This document shows, in pieces, positions 17,017 through 26,417 of a stretch of DNA of 64,000 nt (positions are counted from its first letter, which is position 1; every line of letters begins with the position of its first letter). The position numbers and the translations under genes are program-made. The stretch covers positions 3,421 to 67,420 of the forward strand of contig JAFXVM010000009.1 of NCBI GenBank assembly GCA_017524525.1, read 5' to 3'. Below the pieces are notes generated by a model, which ran no database searches, was not told the DNA's origin, and was given only the letters and a program-made list of their open reading frames with translations. This DNA is from Alphaproteobacteria bacterium. GTDB lineage: Bacteria; Pseudomonadota; Alphaproteobacteria; Rs-D84.

Positions 17017-17505
17017 TTAATTATTTTTTTTTTGCGGTTCGATTTCTTTAATCGCGTTTTTTCTGTCTGCGTGTGCTGTGACAAAAGCGTCTTTGTTCTT
17101 TTCCATTTCAGCTTTGTTCCCAGCAGCAGCGTTCTTTTGTTCAACTGTTAAATCCATTTCTACTGCGCCACGTAAATCGTTTTGCATAGAATCTGCATAT
17201 CCTTGGAAACATTTGAATCCGTCTTTCTTGCTGACATCGCCAATCACAATCACTGGCACGCCACCCCTTTGATACCCACATTTAAACAAAGCATCAACAA
17301 AAGCCTGTCTATTATCAACATTTGTGACATTTACTTCTGTCACTTTTAAATCATTATATTCGTATATCAATGTAGAACTGATAAAATCACGCGCATGGTG
17401 ACAATGCGGACATGTTGGTGAATAAAAAATTGAAATATCTGCGGCATTTGCACCACCAATAAAAGCACTACAAATCAAAGCAAACAATATTTTTGTTATT
17501 TTCAT
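17017..17505 (-). CDS. Exported thioredoxin/glutaredoxin-fold thiol:disulfide oxidoreductase (CPHC active site)
   Basis: Signal peptide is MKITKILFALICSAFIGGANA. The active site is SPTCPHCHHA and a cis-Pro-type GGVPVIVIG is present. The ORF stops just after an A10 run (see findings). Confidence 0.7.
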   Translation of the reverse strand: MKITKILFALICSAFIGGANAADISIFYSPTCPHCHHARDFISSTLIYEYNDLKVTEVNVTNVDNRQAFVDALFKCGYQRGGVPVIVIGDVSKKDGFKCFQGYADSMQNDLRGAVEMDLTVEQKNAAAGNKAEMEKNKDAFVTAHADRKNAIKEIEPQKKNN

Positions 17506-17646
17506 AAGTTTTCTCCTTTTCTTTATTTCGCAAAGTGATTATAAAAAAATTACAAGAATAAATGCAAGCATTTTTTATTTTATTTTTTCCCTTGCCATGT
17601 CTGCCCAAAGCAAGTAAAATAGCTAGTGTTATTTCTGGGACAAGAG

Positions 17647-18462
17647 ATGGGGCACAAACACAGTTATTTTTTTAAAATTTTTGGGGTCGCGATAGTGCTG
17701 TGTGGCATTGTTTCTGGCGCGTCAGCTGAAAGCGTGCATCCCGATGATAATGTACAAAATAATTTCGATATAAACGAAGTAAATTCAATCGCTGTTGATG
17801 ATAATGATGTTAATGACAACGATAATATTAATTTGCCATACCTGGAAGCCCAAATTATGTACCAACAAAAAGTAATTTGTGCCGAAGGGACATATTTAAA
17901 AAAATGTGGCAATACAGAAATTGGTTTTAATTTGTTAAAACCAATGTATAATTCAAACAATACGCGTCTTACTAGAAATTATTATGGTGCAACAAGAAAT
18001 AATGATTTAAGCCGTTATGAACAAATGCGAAAGGTTTTTACTGGAACCGAACCTGTACCTTATAAAGATGAAAACAACGAAACCCAAATTGCGTCCAACG
18101 CAAACGTGGTAAGCGACCGTAAAACAATTTTAGATTATTTTTGCGACCCATTTGATGATACCATTGTAAAACAGTGCGCACCATGCCCTGGTGATGCAAA
18201 AGTCGCATCTTCTTATATCAAGACTAGCCCTCTTAACACTAGTGTTGAAGAATGGCACATTAATACATTAGCAGATTGTTATCTAGACGAATTTCAAGAT
18301 TCTACGGGAAAATACGTTTATGTTCCAAGCAACGAAAATTTTGAAACTTCTTCTGGTGCAAAATGCTATTACACTGGTTCAACATCAAGAACTTTTACAG
18401 CCACGCCTGCAACTATGAACGCAACCCAATTTGACCAAACTGTAGTCCGTTCTTATCCGTAA
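17647..18462 (+). CDS. Secreted Cys-rich hypothetical protein
   Basis: Signal peptide is FFKIFGVAIVLCGIVSGASA. An Asp/Asn-rich spacer is followed by Cys-containing blocks (CAEGTYLKKCGN, CAPCPGDAKV). Start chosen at the internal ATG 17647. Confidence 0.65.
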   Translation: MGHKHSYFFKIFGVAIVLCGIVSGASAESVHPDDNVQNNFDINEVNSIAVDDNDVNDNDNINLPYLEAQIMYQQKVICAEGTYLKKCGNTEIGFNLLKPMYNSNNTRLTRNYYGATRNNDLSRYEQMRKVFTGTEPVPYKDENNETQIASNANVVSDRKTILDYFCDPFDDTIVKQCAPCPGDAKVASSYIKTSPLNTSVEEWHINTLADCYLDEFQDSTGKYVYVPSNENFETSSGAKCYYTGSTSRTFTATPATMNATQFDQTVVRSYP

Positions 18463-18465
18463 ACT

Positions 18466-18792
18466 TTAATTAATTTCTGCGATTAAATGCAAAATAACGC
18501 TTAATACAAATAATCCCGTTACAAACGCCAATATTATTTTTTGCTTTTTATGAGATTTTTCTTTGCCACATTCTGCACACGGACAATCTTGGAACACCAA
18601 AACCCAAGACATGCCCAACATTAATGCGGAAAAAATAAACAACCATGGCTCTATCCATTCTGGTATAAAAGATGTATGTGAAATTTCTGGCGCGCAAAGC
18701 CCAATCAAAGACAAAACTATCGGCATAACACAACAAAATAAATGTGGCAAAACTGATGCTATGATACCTATTTTAACTGCCTTGTTTTTCAT
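18466..18792 (-). CDS. Small 3-4 TM membrane protein with CC and CPCAEC motifs (possibly MerC-like metal handling)
   Basis: 108 aa. Motifs are LPHLFCCVMPIVL and QDCPCAECGKE. The functional assignment is weak. Confidence 0.5.
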   Translation of the reverse strand: MKNKAVKIGIIASVLPHLFCCVMPIVLSLIGLCAPEISHTSFIPEWIEPWLFIFSALMLGMSWVLVFQDCPCAECGKEKSHKKQKIILAFVTGLFVLSVILHLIAEIN

Positions 18793-18843
18793 TCTATTTC
18801 CTTTTTATGACTTATCCGCTTCACGCGCAATAACAAAAATCGG

Positions 18844-18919
18844 TGGCGTCCCCAGCAGAATTCGAATCTGCATCTAATCCTTAGGAGGGATTTGTTCTAT
18901 CCTGTTGAACTATGGGGAC
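18844..18919 (-). tRNA. tRNA-Arg (anticodon CCU)
   Basis: The 76-nt minus-strand sequence GTCCCCA-TA-GTTC-AACAGGATA-GAAC-A-AATCC-CTCCTAA-GGATT-AGAT-GCAGA-TTCGAAT-TCTGC-TGGGGAC-G-CCA folds as a full cloverleaf. I folded it by hand. Confidence 0.9.
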
Positions 18920-19022
18920 AGTTGGGATGAATTTTACACCTTAAAAAAAATAAATCAACATTTAGTATTTGCATTATTTAAAAGCAAATGTATAATATGT
19001 AAAAAACAAAGGATTTTATGTT

Positions 19023-19313
19023 ATGGCTACTGTTACTCGTGTAGATTTAGCAAATGCTTTACGTGACCGTTTTGGTTTAACTGCGGCTGATTCTTATAAA
19101 ATGATTGATATTGTCTTTGATGAAATCAGCGAAGCGCTGATAAATGGCGAAGAAGTCAAAATTACTGGTTTTGGAACTTTTAAAATTTTATCTAAATCTG
19201 CGCGAATTGGTCGCAATCCAAAAACTGGCGTTCCAGCAGTAATATCTGCGCGCAATGTGGCGACTTTCCGCCCAAGCACAGAATTTAAAGAAATTGTTGC
19301 GAAAAAGAAATAA
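19023..19313 (+). CDS. ihfA: Integration host factor alpha subunit (HU/IHF family)
   Basis: TVTRVDLANAL..., GFGTFKILSKSARIGRNPKTGVPAVISARNVATFRPS is the alphaproteobacterial IhfA-type pattern. Confidence 0.75.
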   Translation: MATVTRVDLANALRDRFGLTAADSYKMIDIVFDEISEALINGEEVKITGFGTFKILSKSARIGRNPKTGVPAVISARNVATFRPSTEFKEIVAKKK

Positions 19314-19314
19314 T

Positions 19315-19344
19315 AAAAAAACCGCCAAAACGGCGGTTTTTTTA
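19315..19344. terminator. Bidirectional rho-independent terminator between ihfA and the M13 peptidase gene
   Basis: aaaaaaaccgcc-aaaa-cggcggttttttt is a GC stem flanked by an A-run and a T-run. Confidence 0.7.
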
Positions 19345-21327
19345 TTACCATAATCTTACACGATTTTCTGGGGCGATATACAAAGCATCACCTGGTTTAA
19401 CATCAAACACTTCATACCATTTTTCTACGTGTGGCAATATTCCGTTAACGCGCCAACGAGACAACGAATGTTCGTTTGTTTTTGTTTGTTTTAATAACGC
19501 TTCATCTGTAATATTTGATGCTTCGGTCATACTGTATGCGATAAAAAATCTTTGGTCTGCTGTTAAACCCAGCGCATCTTCGCTTGGTTCACCAAATTTT
19601 TTATACGCATCAAAAGCCACCGTCAAACCGCCATAATCTGCCAAATTTTCACCCAATGTAAATTCTCCATTAGCATGTGTATTTGGCGCAACCAAAATAT
19701 TATTAAAATGTTCTTTCATTATATTTGACCGTTCTTCAAATTTTTTGGTGTCTGTTTCCGTCCACCAATCTTTCATATTGCCTTGCCAGTCAAAATGACG
19801 ACCGCTGTCATCAAAACCGTGTGTCATTTCATGCCCAATCACAGAGCCAATTGCCCCATAATTAAACGCATCATCTGCATTCATATCAAAAAATGGATAT
19901 TGTAAAATACCTGCTGGGAAACAGATTTCATTAGTTGATGGATCGTAATATGCATTAACCTGATGTGCATTCATATACCAAATAGTTGAATCTTTTTCTT
20001 TGCCAACTTTGTCTAACCAAAACGCGTCTTCAAAAGCATCGACACGCATCATATTCGCAAACAAAGAATCGTTTTCTATATCAAGTTTTGAATAGTCACG
20101 CCATTTATCTGGGTACCCAATTTTCGCTTTAAAGGTGCTTAACTTTTTAAGAGCCTGCTTTTTTGTTTCATCACTCATCCAAGTTAAATTTTTAATTCTA
20201 TCGCCTAATGCGCGTTGCAAATTAGCAACCAATTTTTCCATACGTTTTTTCGCGGTTGCTGGAAAATATTTTTTAACATAAATTTGCCCAACTAATTCAC
20301 CCAAGGAACCATCAATCATAGCAACTGCCCTTTTCCAGCGAGGCTTCTTTTCTTTTTGCCCGCTCATTTCACGGTTATAAAAATCAAACGCTATGTCGTA
20401 TGTTTTATCATCTAGAAATGCAGTCGAACTATTTATGATTCTAAATTTCAAATATGTTTTTAACAATTCAATATCTGTATCATTGATTATCGCGACAGAT
20501 TCATTAATCGCTTCCGGTTGTCCTACATTTATGTATTCTGGTTTAACACCACGAGCATCAAAATAAGTATCCCAATCAAAACCAGAAAATTCTTCCTTTA
20601 ATTCCGCATAAGATTTTTTATGATAGTTTGCCAATGGGTCACGCAATTTTTCCTTTTTGTAAAAAGATTTTGCCATTCTTTCTTCTACTGCATATAGTCT
20701 TTCAGCATCCACTTTGACAGAAAAATTATTCATTATATCTTTGATGTACTGTTTATACTTTTTACGAATGTTTTTTGATTTCTCGTCGTCATCAAAATAG
20801 TAATCACGCGATAAACCTGTACCACCCTGTCCAATATTATAAAGATAATGATTGCTGTCCATTTCGTCCAGACCAACACCATCCCCCCAAAACGCAGAAG
20901 AAAATTTGTGCATATTTCCAAGATATTTTGGTAAATCTTCTTTTGTTTTGATGCTGTCTATTTCATCCAGATATTTTTGAACAGGCGATGTTTTATCTGC
21001 GTTTAATTTTTCTTCGTCCATCGCTATGTTATAAAGCAAGCCTATTTTTCCATTATCTTTTTCAACAATTTCTCGAACACGCTTGTTGTTTTCTTCGTCT
21101 AATTTTTCAAAAGAGCCGTATCTTGTATAATCATCAGGCAATGGATTATTCTTGCGCCACCCAGATGTCGCATAATCATAAAAATCTTTGCCTGGTTTTA
21201 CAGTCATATCCATATTTTCAGTTTTGATTCCAACTTGCATTGTTTTCTCCTTTGTAATAAAAATAGCCATCAATGCTGCAACACTCACAGCGATTATTCC
21301 AATTATGTTAAGTAATTTATTTTTCAT
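19345..21327 (-). CDS. pepO: M13-family zinc metalloendopeptidase (PepO / endothelin-converting-enzyme-like)
   Basis: 660 aa with an N-terminal anchor. Motifs HEMTHGFDD (HExxH), GENLADYGG and NAYY are present. Confidence 0.9.
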   Translation of the reverse strand: MKNKLLNIIGIIAVSVAALMAIFITKEKTMQVGIKTENMDMTVKPGKDFYDYATSGWRKNNPLPDDYTRYGSFEKLDEENNKRVREIVEKDNGKIGLLYNIAMDEEKLNADKTSPVQKYLDEIDSIKTKEDLPKYLGNMHKFSSAFWGDGVGLDEMDSNHYLYNIGQGGTGLSRDYYFDDDEKSKNIRKKYKQYIKDIMNNFSVKVDAERLYAVEERMAKSFYKKEKLRDPLANYHKKSYAELKEEFSGFDWDTYFDARGVKPEYINVGQPEAINESVAIINDTDIELLKTYLKFRIINSSTAFLDDKTYDIAFDFYNREMSGQKEKKPRWKRAVAMIDGSLGELVGQIYVKKYFPATAKKRMEKLVANLQRALGDRIKNLTWMSDETKKQALKKLSTFKAKIGYPDKWRDYSKLDIENDSLFANMMRVDAFEDAFWLDKVGKEKDSTIWYMNAHQVNAYYDPSTNEICFPAGILQYPFFDMNADDAFNYGAIGSVIGHEMTHGFDDSGRHFDWQGNMKDWWTETDTKKFEERSNIMKEHFNNILVAPNTHANGEFTLGENLADYGGLTVAFDAYKKFGEPSEDALGLTADQRFFIAYSMTEASNITDEALLKQTKTNEHSLSRWRVNGILPHVEKWYEVFDVKPGDALYIAPENRVRLW

Positions 21328-22379
21328 TTTATTAAATCCAATGTTAAATCATCCAAGATTAATAAACCTTTTGGGGTAGTATGCAAATATTCATTGTCTA
21401 TTTCAACTAAATCTTTGTGAGATTTTATCCAATCAAAATTCAACATATTTTTTATATCATCTGCTAATTTTACACCACGCATGGTACGAAGACCTGTTAA
21501 AATTTTTTCTGTGGCACGTGTTTCGTTGCTCATTTTTTCAAACAATTCATGCCCGCCTTTTTGTTCATACCAAGTATTGTTAAACCATACGCGACCTGCC
21601 CCGCCACGTCCAATGCCAATATATGCACCGCCATCCCAAATATTTATATTATGTCTGCATTGTTCGTTTTCAATCGCATAGTTAGACACTTCATATCTTG
21701 GCAGTTTTAAATTTTCACCAATTGCGATATACATGTTCGCCATTGTATCATTGTCCGGCATTTTCAAATTCATTCTGCCAAACGGAGTATTTTCTTCAAT
21801 AGTCAATTCATACATAGACACGTGTTTTAACCCTAATTCATTTATTTGTTTGCACAAATCTATAACAGATTCAACATTATGATTTGGAAAACCATAAATA
21901 AAATCACCAGAAACCCGCAGATTCATTTCTGTCGCAACAGTTAATAAATCCAAAGATTGCCTGACATTATGACGACGACCAAGAAAAACCAATTCTTCGT
22001 CTTTCAAAGACTGAATTCCCACAGACAACCGATTCACGCCATTTGAAACAAAACCAATCAATTTATTTTTATCAATTGTTCCTGGATTAGATTCCAAAGT
22101 TATCTCGCAATCAGGCATTAGATAAAAATTATCTTTGATGCACTTTATAATCTGTTCAAATGTATCAACAGGCATCAAAGAAGGTGTTCCGCCACCAAAA
22201 AATATGGTTGGAATATTTATTTTTCCCAGCCTTGCAGACCAAAATTTTAATTCACTGCATATATCATCAGCGTATTTTTTCCAATCTGGATTATTACAAG
22301 CATGCGAATAAAACGCACAATAATTGCATTTAGACATACAAAACGGCACATGAATATAAAGATTATGCGGATAATTCAT
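21324..22379 (-). CDS. hemW: Radical SAM HemN-like protein (heme chaperone HemW)
   Basis: LYIHVPFCMSKCNYCAF carries the CxxxCxxC cluster. At 351 aa it fits HemW rather than a full HemN. There is a 4-nt overlap with pepO. Confidence 0.85.
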   Translation of the reverse strand: MNYPHNLYIHVPFCMSKCNYCAFYSHACNNPDWKKYADDICSELKFWSARLGKINIPTIFFGGGTPSLMPVDTFEQIIKCIKDNFYLMPDCEITLESNPGTIDKNKLIGFVSNGVNRLSVGIQSLKDEELVFLGRRHNVRQSLDLLTVATEMNLRVSGDFIYGFPNHNVESVIDLCKQINELGLKHVSMYELTIEENTPFGRMNLKMPDNDTMANMYIAIGENLKLPRYEVSNYAIENEQCRHNINIWDGGAYIGIGRGGAGRVWFNNTWYEQKGGHELFEKMSNETRATEKILTGLRTMRGVKLADDIKNMLNFDWIKSHKDLVEIDNEYLHTTPKGLLILDDLTLDLIK

Positions 22380-22474
22380 GTAAAAGATAATATATTAAGA
22401 AAAATAAAATTCAACATAAACAAATGCTTGCTTTTAATTTTCTTTTTATTGTATAATGGAACACAGGAAGGATT

Positions 22475-23968
22475 ATGAAGAATAGATTTTTATCTTTTTT
22501 ATGTTTGTTTTCTGCCCCTTTGGCGTGTTTTGCATCTAATGAAGGTGTACCTTCTTTTTACACTGAAAAGCCTGCGCCAAACGCGAACAAGGTTGGCTAT
22601 GCAAAATATCAAGATTATGGGTATACAAATTATGTTGGAACTTCTGGTGGAAAACAAGTTGTATCATCACAAACTTATTCTTATCAGGTACCTCGCCAAC
22701 AGGCGAATGTTTCGGGTTCTGCATCTCGTAATGCGATGACAACCAATGGAATTGCTAGACCTGCCAACGAACAAAGAACGTCTATTTATGCGGGCTATTC
22801 TCGCAGATTTGCTGATTTTGAATTTAAAACCGGCGTTAATTCTGTGCTGGAATGGGACGACATGATTTTTAATGAAATCAATGTCGGTGCAAAGCATGTT
22901 TTTGGCATTCGTGGCTTTGATTTGGCTGTGTATGGTGAATATTCGTATGGCAAATTGTCCAGTGGTGGTTTGTCTATGGATTATGATTTGGAACCTTACG
23001 ATTATTCTTTGCCAGCAGAAGGTATTTTCACAATTTCTATGGGCGACCAGACAGGCGATACCAGTAAATTAAAACTGGGCGTTGCTGCACATCACATCTG
23101 GAGTTTGGGTGGATGGAAAGTGACACCACATATTGGTTATGAAATATTTAAGCATAATTTAAAAATGGGCAATCATTTATATCCTAATCCTGGGGTATAT
23201 TTGCCTTTGATGACTAATACTGGTGATTATGTATTTGGTGATACTGCGGGGAATTATTATGCTGTGGGAACAGATGTATATGTTGCTGATGATTCCGGTC
23301 TGTACCAGGTTTGTATGGGCCCCGAAGATATCAAGGTTGTATTGGCCAGTCTGGGCGGCAGCAGCGTAGATGGCGTATTATACCCGTTGGGCAACACATT
23401 GACAACTGTTGATTACAATTCCAGTATGGGAAATTTGCCATGGGGCGTCGTAGAGGGTGATTGTGTCGTTATCGGTGGCGATGGCGTTATCAAAGTAGAA
23501 GGCACAACTCATATTTACAATACAACTTGGTCTGGATTTTATTTGGGGTTGGAATTGGAAAAACAGATGACTTTGGCTGATAAATTACGTTTTTATTTCC
23601 AAGTCAGTATGCCTAAATATTCAGCCGAAGGAACATGGCCAAATCGTGACGATTGGCAACAAAACCCCAGTTTCTTGGACGAAGGTGACAACGGTGCTTT
23701 TGCTTACGAAGCAGAAATGGAATACACATATAATTTATCTGATCGTATGCAGATATCATTAAAGGCTGACACTAATTATTTCCATGTTGGAAAGATACCT
23801 GGCGAATTGTATGTTGCAAAATCTGTCATTTATTACGAAGATGAAAACAATCCTGGCAACTGGATTGCAGAAGAAGTTCCTGCTTATACCGAACACGTAT
23901 CAGAATCTTTGAAAGAAGCAAATTGGAAATCTTTTGGTCTGCATCTTGGGCTTAAATACTCCTTTTAA
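22475..23968 (+). CDS. Outer-membrane beta-barrel protein (lineage-specific)
   Basis: Signal peptide is MKNRFLSFLCLFSAPLACFA. Aromatic/Gly-rich alternating strands are present, and the C-terminus is ...FGLHLGLKYSF with a terminal Phe. Confidence 0.65.
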   Translation: MKNRFLSFLCLFSAPLACFASNEGVPSFYTEKPAPNANKVGYAKYQDYGYTNYVGTSGGKQVVSSQTYSYQVPRQQANVSGSASRNAMTTNGIARPANEQRTSIYAGYSRRFADFEFKTGVNSVLEWDDMIFNEINVGAKHVFGIRGFDLAVYGEYSYGKLSSGGLSMDYDLEPYDYSLPAEGIFTISMGDQTGDTSKLKLGVAAHHIWSLGGWKVTPHIGYEIFKHNLKMGNHLYPNPGVYLPLMTNTGDYVFGDTAGNYYAVGTDVYVADDSGLYQVCMGPEDIKVVLASLGGSSVDGVLYPLGNTLTTVDYNSSMGNLPWGVVEGDCVVIGGDGVIKVEGTTHIYNTTWSGFYLGLELEKQMTLADKLRFYFQVSMPKYSAEGTWPNRDDWQQNPSFLDEGDNGAFAYEAEMEYTYNLSDRMQISLKADTNYFHVGKIPGELYVAKSVIYYEDENNPGNWIAEEVPAYTEHVSESLKEANWKSFGLHLGLKYSF

Positions 23969-23982
23969 CTGGGTGGAAAAGA

Positions 23983-25041
23983 ATGTGGTGTAAAATACCT
24001 GTATTTTGTGGGATGTTGTTTATCTCTGTCTTTGGTAATGCTTTTGCTGAACGTGGTGTATTTGATTTAGAACGTTGGGACAATGTTTTGGAAAAAATAA
24101 GAACAACTGCGACCAACCAAAACATCAGCAAATCTGTAATAGATGAAACTTTGAAATCACCTGCTTTTATTCCAGGAATTGTAAAATCCGACCGAAAACA
24201 AACTGAATTTACTTTGACTTTGGAACAATATTTAAACCGCACGGTTAGTAATGAACGCGTAAAAAATGGTCGCAAAAAACGTGCTGAATATCCAACATTG
24301 TTATCACGCGTAGAACAAAAATACGGTGTGCCACGTAATGTGACACTGGCATTTTGGGGCATGGAATCTAATTATGGTGCTGTGAAATCAAAACATCAAT
24401 TAACCAGTGCTTTCATCACGCTTATTTACGAAGGGCGCCGCGAAGAATTTTTTTCAAAACAATTATTGGCGTTAATGAAAATCGCAGATAAAAACAAATT
24501 ATCTATAAACGATATTCATGGGTCTTGGGCGGGCGCAATGGGGCATTTCCAGTTTATACCAACTACATTAACTCAATACGGTGTTGACGGTAATGCAGAC
24601 GGACGCATTGATATTATAAACAGTATTGGCGATGCGATGATGAGCGCCGGTAATTACCTTAATAAATTGGGCTGGAATAAAAATGAACCGATTATTTACC
24701 GTGTGACTTTGCCTGCTGATTTTGACCGTGTTATTTTAAATGGCGACACGAAAAAAAGTTTCAAAGAATGGGCGCAAATGGGTGTTATGAATTTAGACGG
24801 AACACCGCTGCCGCAACGCGATACTGTTGTTGGTTTGATTGCTGATACCAAAGCGATTGCAGAACGTGATTTATACCAACCACAAAGAAATGAAGACGGA
24901 CAATCTATGGACAGCGATGTCGCCCCAAGTCCTGTGATAAAGGCATATTTAACATACCCTAACTTTTACCGTATAAAAAAATGGAACAATTCATCTTGGT
25001 ATGCAATCGCAATTGGCGAATTGGCAGATAAGTTAAAATAA
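23983..25041 (+). CDS. Lytic murein transglycosylase (MltB/SLT_2 family)
   Basis: FWGMESNYG, GAMGHFQFIPTT and DGRIDI motifs are present, with a signal peptide. Confidence 0.8.
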   Translation: MWCKIPVFCGMLFISVFGNAFAERGVFDLERWDNVLEKIRTTATNQNISKSVIDETLKSPAFIPGIVKSDRKQTEFTLTLEQYLNRTVSNERVKNGRKKRAEYPTLLSRVEQKYGVPRNVTLAFWGMESNYGAVKSKHQLTSAFITLIYEGRREEFFSKQLLALMKIADKNKLSINDIHGSWAGAMGHFQFIPTTLTQYGVDGNADGRIDIINSIGDAMMSAGNYLNKLGWNKNEPIIYRVTLPADFDRVILNGDTKKSFKEWAQMGVMNLDGTPLPQRDTVVGLIADTKAIAERDLYQPQRNEDGQSMDSDVAPSPVIKAYLTYPNFYRIKKWNNSSWYAIAIGELADKLK

Positions 25042-25480
25042 GGGGTTGGTGGGGTAACCCCCCTCACCCTGCGGGTCCCCTCCCCCTGTGGGGGAGAATT
25101 GGTTCTGCAACGAGCGCAAAAATTCTCCCCTTGGGGGGGTATTCTGGTTCTTTCATAATTCTTGCCAATTATTCCAGAGACTGTGTCATCGTGAGCAAAC
25201 GAAGTTTGCGTGACGATCCAGGTTAATAAAAAAGTAGTCTGGCGTTACGCCAGACACATTAATATACCTGGATGCTCACGCTGCGCTCAGCATGACACAG
25301 CCCTTTGGGCTGTCCACCCCCCCTCACCTGCTACGCGAACTCCCCCATTGGGGGAGAATTTTTGCACTCGTCGCGGACTATAATTCTCCCCTTGGGGGGA
25401 GTACGGTCGAAGACCGGGAGGGAGGTCACAAACAAACCGTCCCCACACACAGGGACGGTTTCTTTCTTGGGGAAAGAAAC
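25041..25480. repeat. GC-rich nested palindromic element (REP/BIME- or RPE-like cluster of hairpins) ending in terminator-like hairpins
   Basis: Inner inverted arms are 25181-25223 and 25266-25300, around the central hairpin gtctggcgttacgccagac (25237-25255). Two 60-bp modules in inverse orientation lie at 25080-25139 and 25340-25401. The CTCCCC(C)-N2-3-GGGGGAG hairpin occurs four times. Terminator-like hairpins lie at 25436-25460 and 25459-25480. Confidence 0.85.
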
Positions 25481-25499
25481 TTCATTTTTTAATTTTTAC

Positions 25500-26255
25500 T
25501 TATTCTGTTACATTATATAAAGTTGTTCTAAACGAAACATTACGAGCCGTTCCATAAGCACACTCAGCAGAACATGCGGACCAACATTTAGTAGCATTTT
25601 GAAAACTTTGTTTTGCAGCCCACAAAGAAGAAGATACAATTCGTTTGGTTCCCCCTGTCGGAGTAAAACTGGTTACTTTGCACCAACAATGCCGTGTCGA
25701 ATCAGTTGCAATTGGCGCATTTAATTGTGCTGTTGTAGCAGTACCATTATACGCTGCATACTTGCTGCACATAACTTCACCAGTAATCGTTCCATATGAA
25801 AATGTTACGCCATATTTATCTATACCTGTTAACCCATAAGTTTCAGCAGTAGCACCACCAAAAGTAGGTTCAGACTGCCCGGAAACAACATCTGGTCGCC
25901 CATAATGATTTAATGACGCATAAGCACTACCCTGAGTGGAAACATCCAATCCTGCAATCGGATTGCGTCTCTTCCACCCATCAAAAGCATACCCTGGTCT
26001 ATCTTCTGGGGTTGGGGGTGTAAGTGCCGCATCGTATGTACATGTTCCAGGAATATTGTTTCCTGTTAATTGTGTTCCATTACTGTACCATGTTGTATTT
26101 ATTGTGTTGGGGTCAAAGTTTGCCTCTATATCCGCGGGACCAGTGTATGTACCCAATACGCCGTTCGTACATGTTGATGCGTTTGTTATATTATCTGCGA
26201 ATGTTGGCGCAACTGCAAAAATCGCAATAACAGAAATTGGCAATAATTTTTTCAT
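25500..26255 (-). CDS. Secreted protein with a B-repeat-like module and a Cys-containing C-terminal domain (paralogue of 13771-14280)
   Basis: Signal peptide is MKKLLPISVIAIFAVAPTFA. The module reads NTTWYSNGTQLTGNNIPGTCTYDAALTPPTPEDRPGYAFDGWK. Start chosen at 26255, which has an AGGGGAAAG RBS. Confidence 0.7.
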   Translation of the reverse strand: MKKLLPISVIAIFAVAPTFADNITNASTCTNGVLGTYTGPADIEANFDPNTINTTWYSNGTQLTGNNIPGTCTYDAALTPPTPEDRPGYAFDGWKRRNPIAGLDVSTQGSAYASLNHYGRPDVVSGQSEPTFGGATAETYGLTGIDKYGVTFSYGTITGEVMCSKYAAYNGTATTAQLNAPIATDSTRHCWCKVTSFTPTGGTKRIVSSSLWAAKQSFQNATKCWSACSAECAYGTARNVSFRTTLYNVTE

Positions 26256-26417
26256 TTTCTTTCCCCTTTTTCTTTCCCCTTGTTCGATGCACCATTTTAT
26301 CAAATTTCAATTTTTCAATCAATCATATTTTTATATTTTTTGTGAACAAAATAAAATATTTGATTATAAGACTTTTCTCTGGTACCATTTGTTCGATAAT
26401 CTTATAAAGGATATATT

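Noticed and set aside
25292-25520. Two plus-strand ORFs (66 and 71 aa) inside the GC-rich palindromic element
   Set aside because: Their translations (…PPHLLRELPHWGRIF…, …PLTCYANSPIGGEF…) are the typical read-through of GC-rich hairpin repeats. They overlap each other and the terminator hairpins, and they have no RBS.
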